DNA from: Balanoglossus misakiensis
Lineage: Eukaryota > Animalia > Hemichordata
Assembly: GCA_040954595.2 (NCBI GenBank)
Contig: CM082578.2
Coordinates: 6,061,519 to 6,125,518 of the forward strand
Length of the DNA: 64,000 nt
Direction of reading: 5' to 3'
Below, in pieces: positions 10,714-23,756 of the stretch (positions are counted from its first letter, which is position 1; each line of letters starts with the position of its first letter). The notes beneath the pieces were generated by a model, which saw only the letters and a list, made by a program, of their open reading frames with translations, ran no database searches and was not told the DNA's origin. Position numbers and translations under genes: made by a program.

Positions 10714-13700
10714 CTTTACTGCTCGGTATGTGATGGAAGTTCAGGTAGCTACAGGCAGTTCGCTACATAGTATTGTTCACGACTTGGCGACAACACAATA
10801 AACAGTGTCCTGTGGGATCTGTGATCACAACACGACACAACAGAAAGAAACACTGAGTCACGGTTGAAGTTAATAAATCTTTTAAAAGAATGCCTTGTCC
10901 TATGGCGATTCAAGCTTAGTAACGCCACACATACAATGCTAAATGATTTATTCAAACGTCCAAAAATGTAGAACACATCAGAAACAATCAATAGGACTGA
11001 GTGGACAAATACCATGTATATTTAATATTCACTGCGGTCTTTTGTCTCGTTGTGTGTTTTCCCCGTTTCATAAGTGCTTGGTGTTAATTTGTGAAAAACC
11101 ATTGCTGATGATTGAGTTTTGTTAATTTGACCTTCATTGCATACGTTTTGCCGCTTAGCTGTAAAGTTAAGCACGCCAAGCCCACGGGGGGAAACGATAA
11201 TTCCTCAATGAAATATTCAGACTTACTAGATTATTAAAGATGCCCTTGCGTAACACTTCATGCACTGTTGTCATGGCCACAGAGCTCAGCCACTGTGCTG
11301 AAGAGGGTTAGGGTGTTAAAAAATTACAATATTGATGAAATATTTGGACGTTATAGTGAAGGAGAGGTTGCCAGACTCTCGGAGGGGGTACGGTTACTAA
11401 AAAAACAGTTTTCACGTGTAGAAATATTTTATACATGAAACTGCTGCGACTGTTGCTATTGTCTGAGTGTTTAATGTTCCGTGCCCCGGCGTACATTGTA
11501 AGTTCTCTGTCTACTCTCTAAGCCATGTTGAAATACCCTGAGCCCGGCTCTTGGACAATGACATTACAGTCCGGAAATGAATTCTGCTTGACTGTAAGCC
11601 TTTGTTGACAGCCTGTCACTCAGGACACATGAACTTTGTTCCGGCGTGTTTGAGCATGGACGTAGAGGGAGTAGAATTAAAAGTTCACCAGGTGCACGAA
11701 ACGACCACTAAAAACTGCAGAAAAGTTACAGGTATCTGTTTGTCGAATTCGCGGTCGGACAAAGACATGCTGGCAGAGACATTCACCACGAAATTTATCA
11801 CCGCGATGGTTCGGATAAACCGACCGTTACAGATCTGACCAGCTTCGACGGGGCGAAGTCCAACACTTGCAAACATACAAACACCACGACTCGTGGCACA
11901 ACCATAATGGGTTCAGCTTATAACGTATTACTAGTATTATACCAGACGAGAAACATGACGTTATCATGGGGGCGAACAGTTCGGTTTTATTTATGTCAGA
12001 TTTGCATTGCTTGAAACCGATAGCGATTGACCGTAGTCCCTGTGTAATAGAGGGACTGTGGATTGGCCGAGAGTCGGGTGTGCGCTTGTCCAGATAAATT
12101 CCCTAATTCATATTGTTAACCCCGAGTCGGTTCTTCTCAGTTATACGTGCTTGCGAGCAAATTACTCACATTGTCACACACCGTCGACACGAAAAGTATG
12201 TTTGAACCACGCGGTCACCTCACACAGAGGAGGGACCGTGTTTGAACAAACTGAATAACGACCATTAGTACAATGCCTGTGTAGTATATAATGTAAAAAT
12301 TAAAGAGGTGGACTAAGGCTGAGGTGGGCTGTTGAATGATAACGCAAAAATGTGCTTATAGGTATTCATCGCCAGGCCAATAGGCGATATTCCTGGTTAT
12401 GACCGACAGAAAGTCGATGTCATTTCTGTCAAGGACTTTTCCAATAAACGAACTTGTGATTCACCACAGTCGACTTGGTCAGTAAATCACGCTACGGTCG
12501 TTATTGTGAACCACGGTGAACCGGATGACACATTTTCACGGACAGTTTACAGCACTCAATATGACTTCTGACTCGTTCGCTATCAGTTACGGCAATCTCA
12601 GTAATCTATCGATCGCGTCGTGTTGTTTGCTCTGCGTGCCCAGTCGAGAAATCAATGACCAGCTCGAGGTCAGCACTGGTGGCATGAGTTATGGATAAAT
12701 TTTGGTTTACCGTGACAGAAAATCGTTTAACCGCTGGTCACAAACGTCTGGCCAATGTACAAAGCTATAGTTTATCTGTTTTTAGAGACCCCTATCTGAT
12801 TTGCATTGTGTTCAACAAAAACAAAACAAAACGGAGAAATAATACTGAAAAAGTTTCGGACGGGTGACATCTCTTGTCGTTCCTACCTCTCTAGTAAGTG
12901 TTTTAGTGAACATAATTTTCACGACGCTTAATCTGTTTTGAACCAACTCCACACTTTCCGCCGAATGCCACTTTGCAGGCCCGGACGACTCGATCACGCG
13001 CCATCACATACCACAGTTGTTCACATCCGAACAATTCGTGCTTTCTTCACCGATGACAACGCGACACCTTAAGTTTAAAGCGCCACGAACACGAACTGAA
13101 AGCACTCACACAACAGAGGGACGTACACGCCGATAAAATTCCTCGAACAAAAGAGACAAAGATTTGAAAAGAAAGCTAACGGTGAAGGCATGACAAGAAC
13201 TTCTGTATACTTACTGTTATAGGGATTACGCAGCGAGTCTCCGTCTTGCAGGTTAACATGAAACGTCGTGGACTGAAAAAGAATCGACATAAAGTTACAG
13301 CGCGGCACATTTATACGTCATATATTAATTATTGTCCATTCTAGCGCAGAGGAAAAATAAGGCCCCCAAAATAATTGTGTGGTTCCGATAAAATTGGTTT
13401 CAGAAATATGTTAGATATGTAGAACAATAACTTTTTCGTTATTTTTCAGTATTTGTCAGAACAGTGATGTCTCCAGTTCATAGATGACGTCATGCCATTC
13501 TAAGCCTGGCATGATTTTTCCTTTTCTTCCTTATTTTTTTTATTGCAGAAATTCGATTTTTTAACTTCCGTGTTGACATACCAAAAGGGGTTCAGGGTCC
13601 GCAGGTTTAAAATAGGGCAGGTCGGGTTATCGGAACCACACCATTTTTTCTTTTTATTGGCCTAATGAAACGCGATCTTAATTATTTTTAGACATGATCA

Positions 13701-15890
13701 TCAGTCAATTTTATCAAGATACACTGAGAGGGAATGGTGGACGCCATATTGATACCGCGTTACCGATACGACAATTTCTCGCAAGTCATGTTCAAAATGG
13801 CACGTATTTTAATAAAGTAAAGGAATTCAAATTAGCAAACGTCCAAACATTATAACTGTCCTATGTCAATAAATTATGTCGTTGCTTCTCGGATTAAGGG
13901 GTATTACAGGGCGGAGAAGACTGCACTTCAAACATAGTGTTTGATTTACAGAACCGCTGAGTACACACAGACGGGTCAGTGTTTCTTTTACCGGCAGAGG
14001 TGTACAAATTTCGAAGAAAGGTGATTGTAGTTACGACTGAGGGGATAATATTTCCTCAGCTTAGCATATTCGTCGTGTGTTTGCCTAGGCTTCTGTTAAA
14101 ATATAGCGTGTTGTTTACATTGCTAAGGGGTCCGCCGTTTCAACTGTAAATATTACCATTTCTGTGTTGGCATTGTCGTGTTGAAGTTCTGGACGTCATG
14201 CAGTTTTCTGCGCAGGTAAAATCGTGCTGTTTACGTCACTCGTTAACAGCTGCAATGGTCACCGATGTATGACAACCCCTAGCACTTCTTTTAACGCACG
14301 TTCCAATTTGCAGATGTTTGGTCGTAATAGTAATAGTAGCTTTTTAGCAACGTCTCAATTTCGTCCGTGGGCGACACCAGTGCACTAAGCCACTGACATG
14401 GCTGAACTAGGACGCTTGCGAGAAAACTTTTCTGTGCAAAGTTTGTGTCTTGGACAATAACCTGTTCGGTAGGTTCACGGATGCCGTGGGCTACAGCGCG
14501 TTACCAACTTGATGATTTATTCAGCGGACCTAGCGACCATTGTTACTACAATGCCGTCCAATGCTGTTGCAAAGTTCCCACATCTTGGCCAAAACGTGGG
14601 ATTCGATCTATGGTCTTGGTTGTTGTTTTTTACCTACCTTGGTTTTCATTTTGCTCCAATGGTCGGTGTTTCCCTGCGGAAGTTTAACCGGTTCGTGTCT
14701 CGACCACCATGTCATCCTGCAAAGTAATCATATCGGGTATCGTCAGCATCGCTAATTACACTTAAACACGACGCAGCCATAACCATACTGTCTATACCAT
14801 AACATGGTGCGAGACTCTAATTTGTGTGACTACACACGCAGCAATGACATAATTTACAGAGGGTGACAAACGACTCACTCGGATTTCCGAGGACAGCTCG
14901 GCTTTAGAATGTCGTAGCTGGCCGGCATGGTGAGTGTTTCAAGTTGCTCTCGGTTGAACCCCTATGTTACAGCTATATCACAGACACTGGTAGGACAACG
15001 TATCACCGGCTGTCAGATCAGAATGCACAGTGTACAGCTCTCCGAGCATGGTGTCTAATTTGCATGACAATATCCGGTTACTACAACAAAGCGGGCTTAT
15101 GTAAATGAGCGACTGGACCCGTACATGTACACAGTAATATGCACAACGCGATAGCGCTCAGTCGAACGCCGTCGTCCCGGCACAAAACAAAGAGCGGCCG
15201 AAGAATTCAATAAATTTGGCGAATACAATCGATCAATGCCCATTCAAAGCCAACACATAGTTCATACAAACTGTCATTGTCGTCGCAGGCTTGACGGACA
15301 ATGACTGCGCTGCTCTCAACAAAAACATCTTAAGTTAGCTTTAACTTTCATTCTCCCGTTTACAACCTTCAAATTGAATTATAGGCAGTGAGAACATTTA
15401 AAGTCCTTGTTTCTGCCGATTGCGCGCATGTCAAGTCCCGTTATCAGTTTCAAAAAACACGTTAAGTTGTCAATACCGATTCCAGTCACGTGGTTATATC
15501 GCAAATATAATCAACCTCCACAGTGTAAGCCACGGGTTACCTAGACAACATGGACGCGGGTAGTTCTTCTGTACTACCGTGATGAAGTCGGTGACAATCT
15601 CACCTTAAGAATATAACAATTTCATCTCACTCTTTTAATTCATTTTTCATCGCGTGTAAGTTTATTCAATATGCCACATTAGTCTATTGGTAAAAGAAAA
15701 AGACTCGCCGAGCGACATCAACTCCATAAAAACCAGCAACAAAGGACGGGGTTAGGCGGTAAACCTTATTTTTTTGTCCACTCGCTAATAGAAAAACAGT
15801 GCCCCTGCCCGGGGCATAGACGACCTGCATTGATTTCCGTTGCGATTGAATTGGTACGGGGTAGCTGAGAACAGTGGACTGACCGGACAT
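10013..15890 (-). CDS. Uncharacterised protein, about 163 aa ('gene B')
   Basis: Exons 15890-15765 (aaaaATGTCC), 13272-13215, 13095-13012 and 10236-10013 join in phases 0/1/1 to 492 nt without internal stops: MSGQSTVLSYPVPIQSQRKSMQVVYAPGRGTVFLLASGQKNK-STTFHVNLQDGDSLRNPYN-IRVRGALNLRCRVVIGEESTNCSDVNNC-VNLEFQSRVCLHERITGVYMVTIINSQ...SPKEIH*. Two of the donors are strong (gtaagt, gtatgt). No family recognised. Confidence 0.6.
11267..11280. promoter_or_regulatory. RFX X-box-like motif at the putative gene C promoter
   Basis: GTTGTCATGGCCAC resembles the X-box consensus GTTNCCATGGNAAC. It lies about 40 nt upstream of a minus-strand GTAAGT donor at about 11226 that could end a non-coding first exon. 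Confidence 0.4.
13361..13662. mobile_element. PIF/Harbinger-like MITE
   Basis: TAA|GGCC...GTGGTTCCGATA at the left and TATCGGAACCAC...GGCC|TAA at the right give imperfect TIRs and a TAA target-site duplication. Confidence 0.6.
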
Positions 15891-16140
15891 TTTTATCGAA
15901 TAAAGTCTGTGCGCTGTGCTTTTGTGACCACCTGTGGACGTCTCTGTTCTGAGGCGTTATCTTGTGCGACTGGATTATTGGATTGGCGTCTGTAATTGAA
16001 CCCACTTGGGCCTAATTGTTTTATTTGTCCAAGATTTTATTAATAAATCCTGACAAGAGCAACGGCCTTCCGGAAATCAATTGGCGGAAATAGGCACACA
16101 CTGCCTAGACTCGGGCCGCGGGCGTTCAGCTATACAGTGT

Positions 16141-16201
16141 ATAGCTATGGAAACAAACTCAACAGGTGGTTGCACAGTTCAAGTTAGACCTCGTGACGTC
16201 A
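16141..16201. promoter_or_regulatory. Putative promoter of gene B (X-box half-site and CRE)
   Basis: ATAGCTATGGAAAC (X-box-like), an overlapping AAACAAA forkhead-like core, and a perfect CRE TGACGTCA (16194-16201), about 250-300 nt upstream of the ATG. Confidence 0.35.
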
Positions 16202-17150
16202 CGCTGGATGTTAGGCGTAGGGGAGAGACCCCAGCGGCCACGCGTTGTCAGTAGCATTAGGAACGTTTCAATAATAACGAAAGAACACAAGTAATTAGAG
16301 AATAAATTCAGAAAAGTTTAGACTGCCGCATGTCAGATGGGAGCATATATTTATTTGCCTTACAATTTGGTATGCAGGTCCAAGGGGTGCTCTAAGAGAC
16401 AAAAGTGATGGAATTTGTAATTCCACCTTTTCCAAACCGCAACGTGCACGCGTCCTTCTACTAGTAGCCCAGGAGCTTCAGTTCAGTATGTCAGCAATGA
16501 GTAAAGGTATAAAGCTTTGTTTTTCGTGACCTGTTTGTGTGTGCCCTCCTAGTCCGCCTTGACTTCAGTTGGCTAAATCTCTCAAGTACTTAACAGGTAC
16601 CTCGTTTAGGCCTGTAACACCGAAGCGTAACTGTGTAAATCGATATTGAAAACATTTATTTCCATTTAATTGACAGATCTCGTTTGAATTTCCGAATACC
16701 AAGATCCTAGTCTTAGGAAGAATTGGTTCTTCAGTAGCGAATTAAACAGACCAGTTTATTTACTGTCGTGTTTTACAACACTTGTAAAAATGTATTTTAT
16801 CTGCAGCTATCGGACGTGCCAATAAACCCACGTTATAAACCGATCGGTTCAGATTGATTGATGAAATCAGCCAATGAGTGCGGTGATCATGAAAGGATCA
16901 GGAATTGTGTACCGTTTTATGTCGATGCTTGTGCATTTTCATTTAGTCTTAGGAATGAGCACATTCAACTCGTATCAGCAGTGTTTCGTTATGTGACGTC
17001 GTGGTGAAGCGCCACCAAACATGTATAGTTTCACATTTTAAAGTGAACATTTTCTTCAAAAAGTGTCACGGTGTCACATCACCACCAAATGTTCAATGCC
17101 AAGGATTAAGAAATATTACACAATCTTTACTCATTTCCAGTTCATCGAAA

Positions 17151-17240
17151 AATAAACGTTTTATTAATTCCATAATCATTGCTGTTGCCTTGTGTAATAA
17201 ACGTTTTATTAATTCCATAATCATTGCTGTTGCCTTGTGT
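17151..17240. repeat. 45-bp tandem duplication containing polyadenylation signals
   Basis: AATAAACGTTTTATTAATTCCATAATCATTGCTGTTGCCTTGTGT occurs twice. Each copy has AATAAA on both strands and lies about 0.5 kb downstream of the F-box stop. Confidence 0.85.
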
Positions 17241-17691
17241 AAGTCAGTGTCACTGCAGCATATATCGTCTGGTTTTGAAATAATTGACATCTTGAGGTTT
17301 TACTCGAAGCCGAAAATAGGTGTACATATCATGAAGGCCTGTGAAATTATCGATGACCTTCTAGTAATTTGGCATTACACAAGCTGGTTTACATTTCCCA
17401 TTGAAACTGCTTCGTTGACAGATATTCTTGAGAGCCAGTTAAAAAACAAGACAGTTTTGCCACAAACAGAAAATAAGGTATCAACAAAATCTGTCAATGT
17501 TCTTGATGCACGGTCGCGTCCCGTGATTTAGAGATCTTCCGCTATACCGCCCTCTGGAATACGTGCAAAGTTTCTCTCGATGTGGTGGCTTCAACTGTCT
17601 GTAGGGGGCGCTGCACCGATTCCACCCTTCCCGATATTCCCGATATCCCGGATCCCCAACAAGGCATCAGAGTGGCACTGCACATACGCCC

Positions 17692-20600
17692 TCAGGGTCC
17701 TTCTTGAGCTACTCTATACAACAGCTGCGTCCTGGGAACCAGCATTCGGCCAACAGACTTACTCTGTACAAATATGTCGTAGGTATCTGTGACACGGCGA
17801 TCAAAGTTCTTGGGTTGGATGTTCCAATCGGCTGAAATCAACAACATGTTTTGGTATAGATTCAGATCTTGGAATTTTATAATAGCACAGACAGTGGTTG
17901 TAGTAATTACATCACATGACATAATACCCAGCGCACAGATTGTTCTATGTTTTTCAATGGTTTGTTTCTGTCACTAAAACATATGCTAACTGAAATGTCA
18001 AAAAGCATCCATGAATTCAAATTTGGAGTTTGATGGATGTTCACCCCCAGTTCCCTTTTTAGAGGTTTAACCCTACCATAGGAAACAACGGGTTTGGACT
18101 GAACCTTGGTCCTGAAAGGGTTAAAGATGCAAGTATTACATCCAAGCACTATACATATAGATTTGTTTCCTAAGGTATACTGTAGTGTAAATGCTTAGCA
18201 GTACAACAGCAAATTCGATCAATTATTCAGCAGGATATCTTTTGAATGTATATATTACTTTGAAAATTTCTCATGCATTTTTAAAATGGCATTCCCCCGT
18301 TTTTAGGATCTCAATAGGCTCAGTGAGAAGATTGTGTAACACTCTCAGTTTATATCTAATTGCAAATTAATTTGCTTGATAAATGTTTCAATCCTATGGT
18401 AACACATATAAACAACTCTTTCAAAAAAGCATGCACAGTGATGTACTGTTTTCTATACATGTATATTACCAGTACAAGAGTTTTTGCTCAAAATACTACA
18501 TATAAGCCTACAGATAATGACAACTGTTCACTGTATCTGGTAGTGGGTAGTCCCCTACTTTTATTTATGTGCAAAAGAGTGTTGATATGCACAACATACG
18601 AAAACCAAACACCTGTCTAATCAGCTGTACACTGACAGAGGTACATTTTTTTGTACCATTAAAAATCACATTAAGATTCTGTGGCCAGGCAGGATTTCAA
18701 TCTAGTATTCCCAGAAAGCAATTGCAAAATATATGGGTCCATGAGCTTTGTAAGTGTGTCATTACACTAGACACCATCTTGTTGCAGGGTATACTGAGTG
18801 ATTCAACATTATGTCTGGTCCAATCTGGTGATCAGTGCCGGTGTACATTACAGAGTGGATGACGGGCGTGAAGTGGATCGCCAACACCCAGCAAAGATCA
18901 CTAGGTTTCAAGGACTTCCTGAGTGCCTCCCCACTTGTGCGCATATTAACACATTTACACTGTGCTGCATGTCAACAATTAACACACTTCCCTAATGACA
19001 CACCCTCACGTTCATTAGCATACATTGTTTAATACTGTCAATATTTCAATTTGATGCACAATTATCACTCTGTTCTGCCGCCAAAGCAAGTAGGTCACCT
19101 ACTTTGAAATCATTTTTGAAGTTGGCATTTGCGCTATCTGTGATAAACAGGTTCATTTTCTTCCTGTTAATTTATACACAGCACAAATCATTTTCGTACA
19201 GATTAAAGGCATTCAGTGCAAATCAAAGAGTTGGCACTCTATCATGTCTCCAGTAGATTTTTTGTGAAATTGGTAAAGTTCTTATTGCTTGCAGGTAAAT
19301 TCACTTATGGTATTGTGTGTCATGACATAATGATACTGACAATTTTTGCTCTATCTCTGAGATTTCTATTTAAGTACATACTACGGGAGAGAAAGACATC
19401 CCAAACTAAAGGTGAGTTCAACACTACTTTGAACTAAAAGTAAAACTCTGAAGGACTGGTGTACTGGTCACATGCTACCTGATGGTTTGTTTGACCTCTG
19501 ACACTCACCTTTGCCCTTGACCAATCCCAGCAGGTCTCTCACTGTAGGACCAGAATCTAAGCAGAGCCAAAGAAACAAGAATGTAACACAACACAGCATA
19601 AAAACAGTCTACCACTCCTACAATACTCTTTAACAGTTTATTTCAAACATCACCGGTGTCAGGGAGGAGATGTCCTCAAAGTGATTTGTCCGTAAAAATA
19701 ATCAGTTCCATAATGTTTTATTTATTTTTTTAACTCAAAATGTGTGATGAGTGACTTCGACCTACTCACATATTAATTTTGTCAGCTTATCCTGAAGTAA
19801 GATTTTCTTGTAAAAACCAATTGTTTCACTCTGGAAATAAATAAACAATGTATCACCGTCAGCATATAGCCATGCAGTGGAAACATCACCATATTCAGAT
19901 ATTCAGCTCAGATATGTGTTTGGAAGCACTTCTAGTTCTATACGTGTTGTAACAAAGTTTCAGACAACCACATTCTTCTCTCATTTTTGGGATAATACAG
20001 ATTTTCTATATGGCACCAGGTACACATAATCAAATATATTTTGACGGGATACATAACCACCTATAATTTACATAACGTCCATATCAGGTAAAAAGCGTGG
20101 TGGTTCACTTTGTATCACATGGTCACCCATGTAAAAAAAAAACATCTTTTACATTTGAATGGCTAAATCTCAACTTTATGTGGTAACCGGACTGTGGTTA
20201 AATTTTCATAGCTACCTTTAACTGGAGTGTTTCAAGAATTCAAAAATGTCCATCAGCCTTTCATACTGTGCCCTCGATGCTGGCATGTACCAGTAACTTG
20301 GATAGTTTTTCATATTTGTAAACTTTTTGGTTGTATGCCGAAAATTTGTCAACTCTGACCCTTGGTGACCGATGGCTTGGTGTGGGGTGTTCGTACTCTT
20401 AAAGAGGGAGCCACCCCCCCCCCCCACCCCCGGTCACTGATTGGACCATGTATCTCTCTCATTAGTCATTTAAGGCTCTTATACGTACATTCTCTGGAAT
20501 CATGACCATGCAAAGGTTATAGGTATATTGATTGCTTTGTGTCAATTCCTTCCACCTTTCTAAATGGCAAGGCTGAGTCTATGAAGCTTGCCAGCTTGAG

Positions 20601-21586
20601 ATCACTGACCTTGCTTCATTAGTAGCTGGGCAGACAAGTTGACAACCCCAAACGTGATGACTATAGCTCTACTTTGTCAAGAAACCCACCTTAGTGTGCT
20701 TGTAATAAGCATTCCCGATGATGTATTTTCTGTTCGTTGATGACTGGATACACTCTTTAATGGGTATCCTTTTTTTCACAAAAATTTCAACAAAGTCAGC
20801 GGGAGGCACCGGTTGCAGGGCTTCCAAGTTTTCTTCAAACGTCCGTTGCCTTACTGCTTTGGGAATGTCTCTAGGGTATAATCGACCAAGAACCTGTTTT
20901 GCAAAGATAATTTTTATGATGTAAAATTGATTGGTCATTTTTTAAATGACTGGGGCAGACTGTTTTGGTGGGACTGGGTGGGGCTCACCATGCAAAAAGA
21001 TGTTCGGTTTAATCCTGTCTAAACCGAACATGAAAGGAACTGATGAATTTGTTCAGTTTGCAGAGATCTCCAGTTTATAAAGGTTCTTTTATCATGTGGT
21101 TCTATGTCAAAGAGACGGGAAGAGGTGTTCAGCATACAGATCTGATTTCCAGATTGACTGCGCATGCGCGGAGATTAGATTGGCAAAACACCAAGCACAG
21201 GCGGCCGCGTTGTCTGCCAGTTTTACGTGTGGTGAGCTTGGGTTATCGGATATAAAAGCAACAAATGGGTTGTCAAAGAGTCTAACCTGCCACAAATGTG
21301 GTGGGTTGTTGTTGTTTTTTGAAGTCTATGACCCACAATACACTCCTTAGTTTATGTTTCAACCTACCATCTGTCTGTATCGTGTTTTCCAATCTTCGGC
21401 CCGACCGAGATAGGGTTTCATTTTTCTGTCTCTGCACAAGCTTTCTACCTTTCGTTTCCACACGCGATTGCAGCACGCAACACTGTGCCACAGGCGACAC
21501 ACTTGCGCCGCTTGACACAGGCTGTGCGGATCCAACAGTTCGAAAATTTGTTCAAGAACAACTTGGTTGTTCAAAACACCCGCCAT
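17692..21586 (-). CDS. F-box domain-containing protein (FBXO-type), about 168 aa (223 aa if the longer exon 2 is used)
   Basis: Exon 1 21586-21368 (aatATGGCG; LNNQVVLEQIFELLDPHSLCQAAQVCRLWHSVACCNRVWK is an F-box pattern, then DWKTRY). Exon 2 is 20893-20855 (donor gtaagg; alternative end 20690, gtgggt), followed by 19830-19770, 19556-19509 and 17831-17692. Phases 0/0/1/1 give an open frame ending ...DRRVTDTYDIFVQSKSVGRMLVPRTQLLYRVAQEGP*. Confidence 0.75.
18040..18120. mobile_element. Short piggyBac-like mini-element, left-truncated copy
   Basis: Similar to 57583-57667 (TCACCCCCAGTT...ACCATAG...GGGTTTGGAC...TGAAAGGG) and followed by TTAA. Confidence 0.55.
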
Positions 21587-23743
21587 ATTGGAGGGGGGGG
21601 TCGCAAGGTATTGTGGGCAATCTGGATTTTACGTGGCGCCGCCCGGGGAGTCGCGTCTTCTCGCATGTGTCGTTGGCGGAGAGCAAGCCCTTGGCGGTGA
21701 AGATGTCATTCAAGTTGCTGGTATGCTGTGTGTTTTGAAATAAAGTTATCCCAGAATGTGTGCAAATTTATATATTCAACAATTCAATCCCTTTCTACGG
21801 TGGCTTAATTAAATATAGGCCTATAGGAATAACATACAATCGACATGTCTAATATACCATTTCGTCACTGAGGTTAAAAAAAACGTTAGCTGAAAAGTAA
21901 AAGACGAGGCATATAGTCCTATCTTGGAAAGGTTTACGGTCGTTTAGACAAAACTAATGCGTCTTTATTACCAGCAGGCCTAATAATTGTCAGTTATCGT
22001 TTGATGGGCTGACAAGAGAAGAAAAAATATCAATCGCGAAGGGACTCGAAGTATCAGTGGCTTTCAGCCCGTCACCCAGGCCTATAGGTTTTAAAAGAGG
22101 GGCAACCTATGTTTTCACACAAAGGACCCAGCGAGCAGAACAACACATAAAACAGATGGCAGAAACGTAGAAAGTGTTGGAATACGGCCAGAAACCGGGA
22201 AGCTTTGGGGAGAGATGCCGGGAAAGGGAATGAATACAGATGGGCTTGGGAACCAAAATCGATAAACCTGTTCCCAGCAGCCTAAATACATTAGAAGGAG
22301 TTAATGAGATGCGGCGATTGGAACCATTTAGTCATCTTTAGCTGAACGTATCAACGGAATCCATCTCATGATTAATTGTCGATCAGGGTTTTATTTTTGA
22401 AAGTGAATAATGAACCCGTCGACCTTCAGTGGTCCGGACAAAGCATATGCCCTCAAACTGTTGCGATGCTTTTGATTTTGAAAATATTGGTATAGACTAG
22501 GCCCTATTTGGATAGTGTGAGATACCCGTGCTCGAAATTCATGTTCGACAGCAAAATGCGCAGAGCCGTTACTACGAAGGGTAAAGCTTCTTATTTTAAA
22601 GGACAATTATTCGGTTCGGACTATGATAACAATTGCAACGACAGACACTCATGTATACGGCATGTTTTGAGAAGTTTTAATGGTAATTCGGTGAATAATA
22701 TCAGAGGGCCATTGGCATGAGGTCCGATGAAAAGAATTTCAATTTAATAAATGAACTTGATGTTTTCTGATTTAAAAAAAAAAACTGTTATATGTGTTGT
22801 TGTTTTTTTCATTAATTTTAAACTGTTTCACAACCCAAGCCCGGGCATGACGTATTTTATTGTGTGTCCTGAACGAGTTACTCTCCATAACAGATAGGGA
22901 ACAAGAATATATGCCATCGTCAGCTCTAAGTTTACGAGACAAGAATTAAAATTGAAGGAGATGGGACCTCTCACACGAGGAGTTGTTCTCTACAAGGGGA
23001 GAAAAAGAATGTACAGGATCTGAAAAATCCAAAGGTCTGATCGATATATCTATCTATCTATCAATATGTCTGTTTGTCTATATCTGTGTGTTTGTCTATC
23101 GATCTTAGCGAGTGTATGTTGTGTCTGTAAGTACGAGCGTATACGTGAGACCGATTTTAGCTAGAGAAAGCTTCCATGCACAACAACAAAAACTTTCTAC
23201 CAATCAAACGTGGCCAACAGTTGTGTGTGGAGGGCACGTGTCCATTATTTTAGATTTGAAGCATGACGCAATATGCATATCTGGTCGTGTACATTGTACT
23301 TCGGGGAATCCTAAAGATCTCGAACGCCAGCCAAAATTGGTTCTCAATCATGGGAACCGCTCTCCCGGCGTCACGTCTTGTGCCAATACTGGGTAGCTTT
23401 CCATTTCTGTGTGTAGACATGCGCAGTGAGGATGAAGCGGTTGGGGTCTTTTTTTGTTCGAGACAGGCCCGAAGCTGTCGAATCTTGGGCAATTTCGACG
23501 GCATTTCAACACGTCTTCTATCACAAAGCGCATGCAGCGGCATTCTCGCTCGTTGTCGCCCTTGCCACTGGTGAAACTAGTTTCCCACGCTGTCATCTGG
23601 ACAGACCCGCCATGCTCCGCTGAAAATATTCAATCGCCCGAGCTTTGTATCGCTGTCCAGAATGACAGAAAATTGCTATGATAGATATACCACTTAACGT
23701 ATCGCTCGGACTCCCCAGGTTGTTGGAGAGAGAGACGCACTGC

Positions 23744-23756
23744 TGGTCACGTGACA
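23744..23756. promoter_or_regulatory. Palindromic E-box GTCACGTGAC (USF/MiT-TFE CLEAR type)
   Basis: TGGTCACGTGACA; the identical 13-mer also occurs at 24994-25006. Confidence 0.4.

Noticed and set aside
17001-17531. 176-aa plus-strand ORF
   Set aside because: Antisense to the F-box 3' UTR and lengthened by the 45-bp duplication; no family resemblance.
17542-17694. Open frame continuing about 50 codons past the F-box TGA (possible selenocysteine or readthrough)
   Set aside because: No Sec-type motif context or recognisable SECIS, and a stop-free run of this length in GC-richer UTR is plausible by chance.
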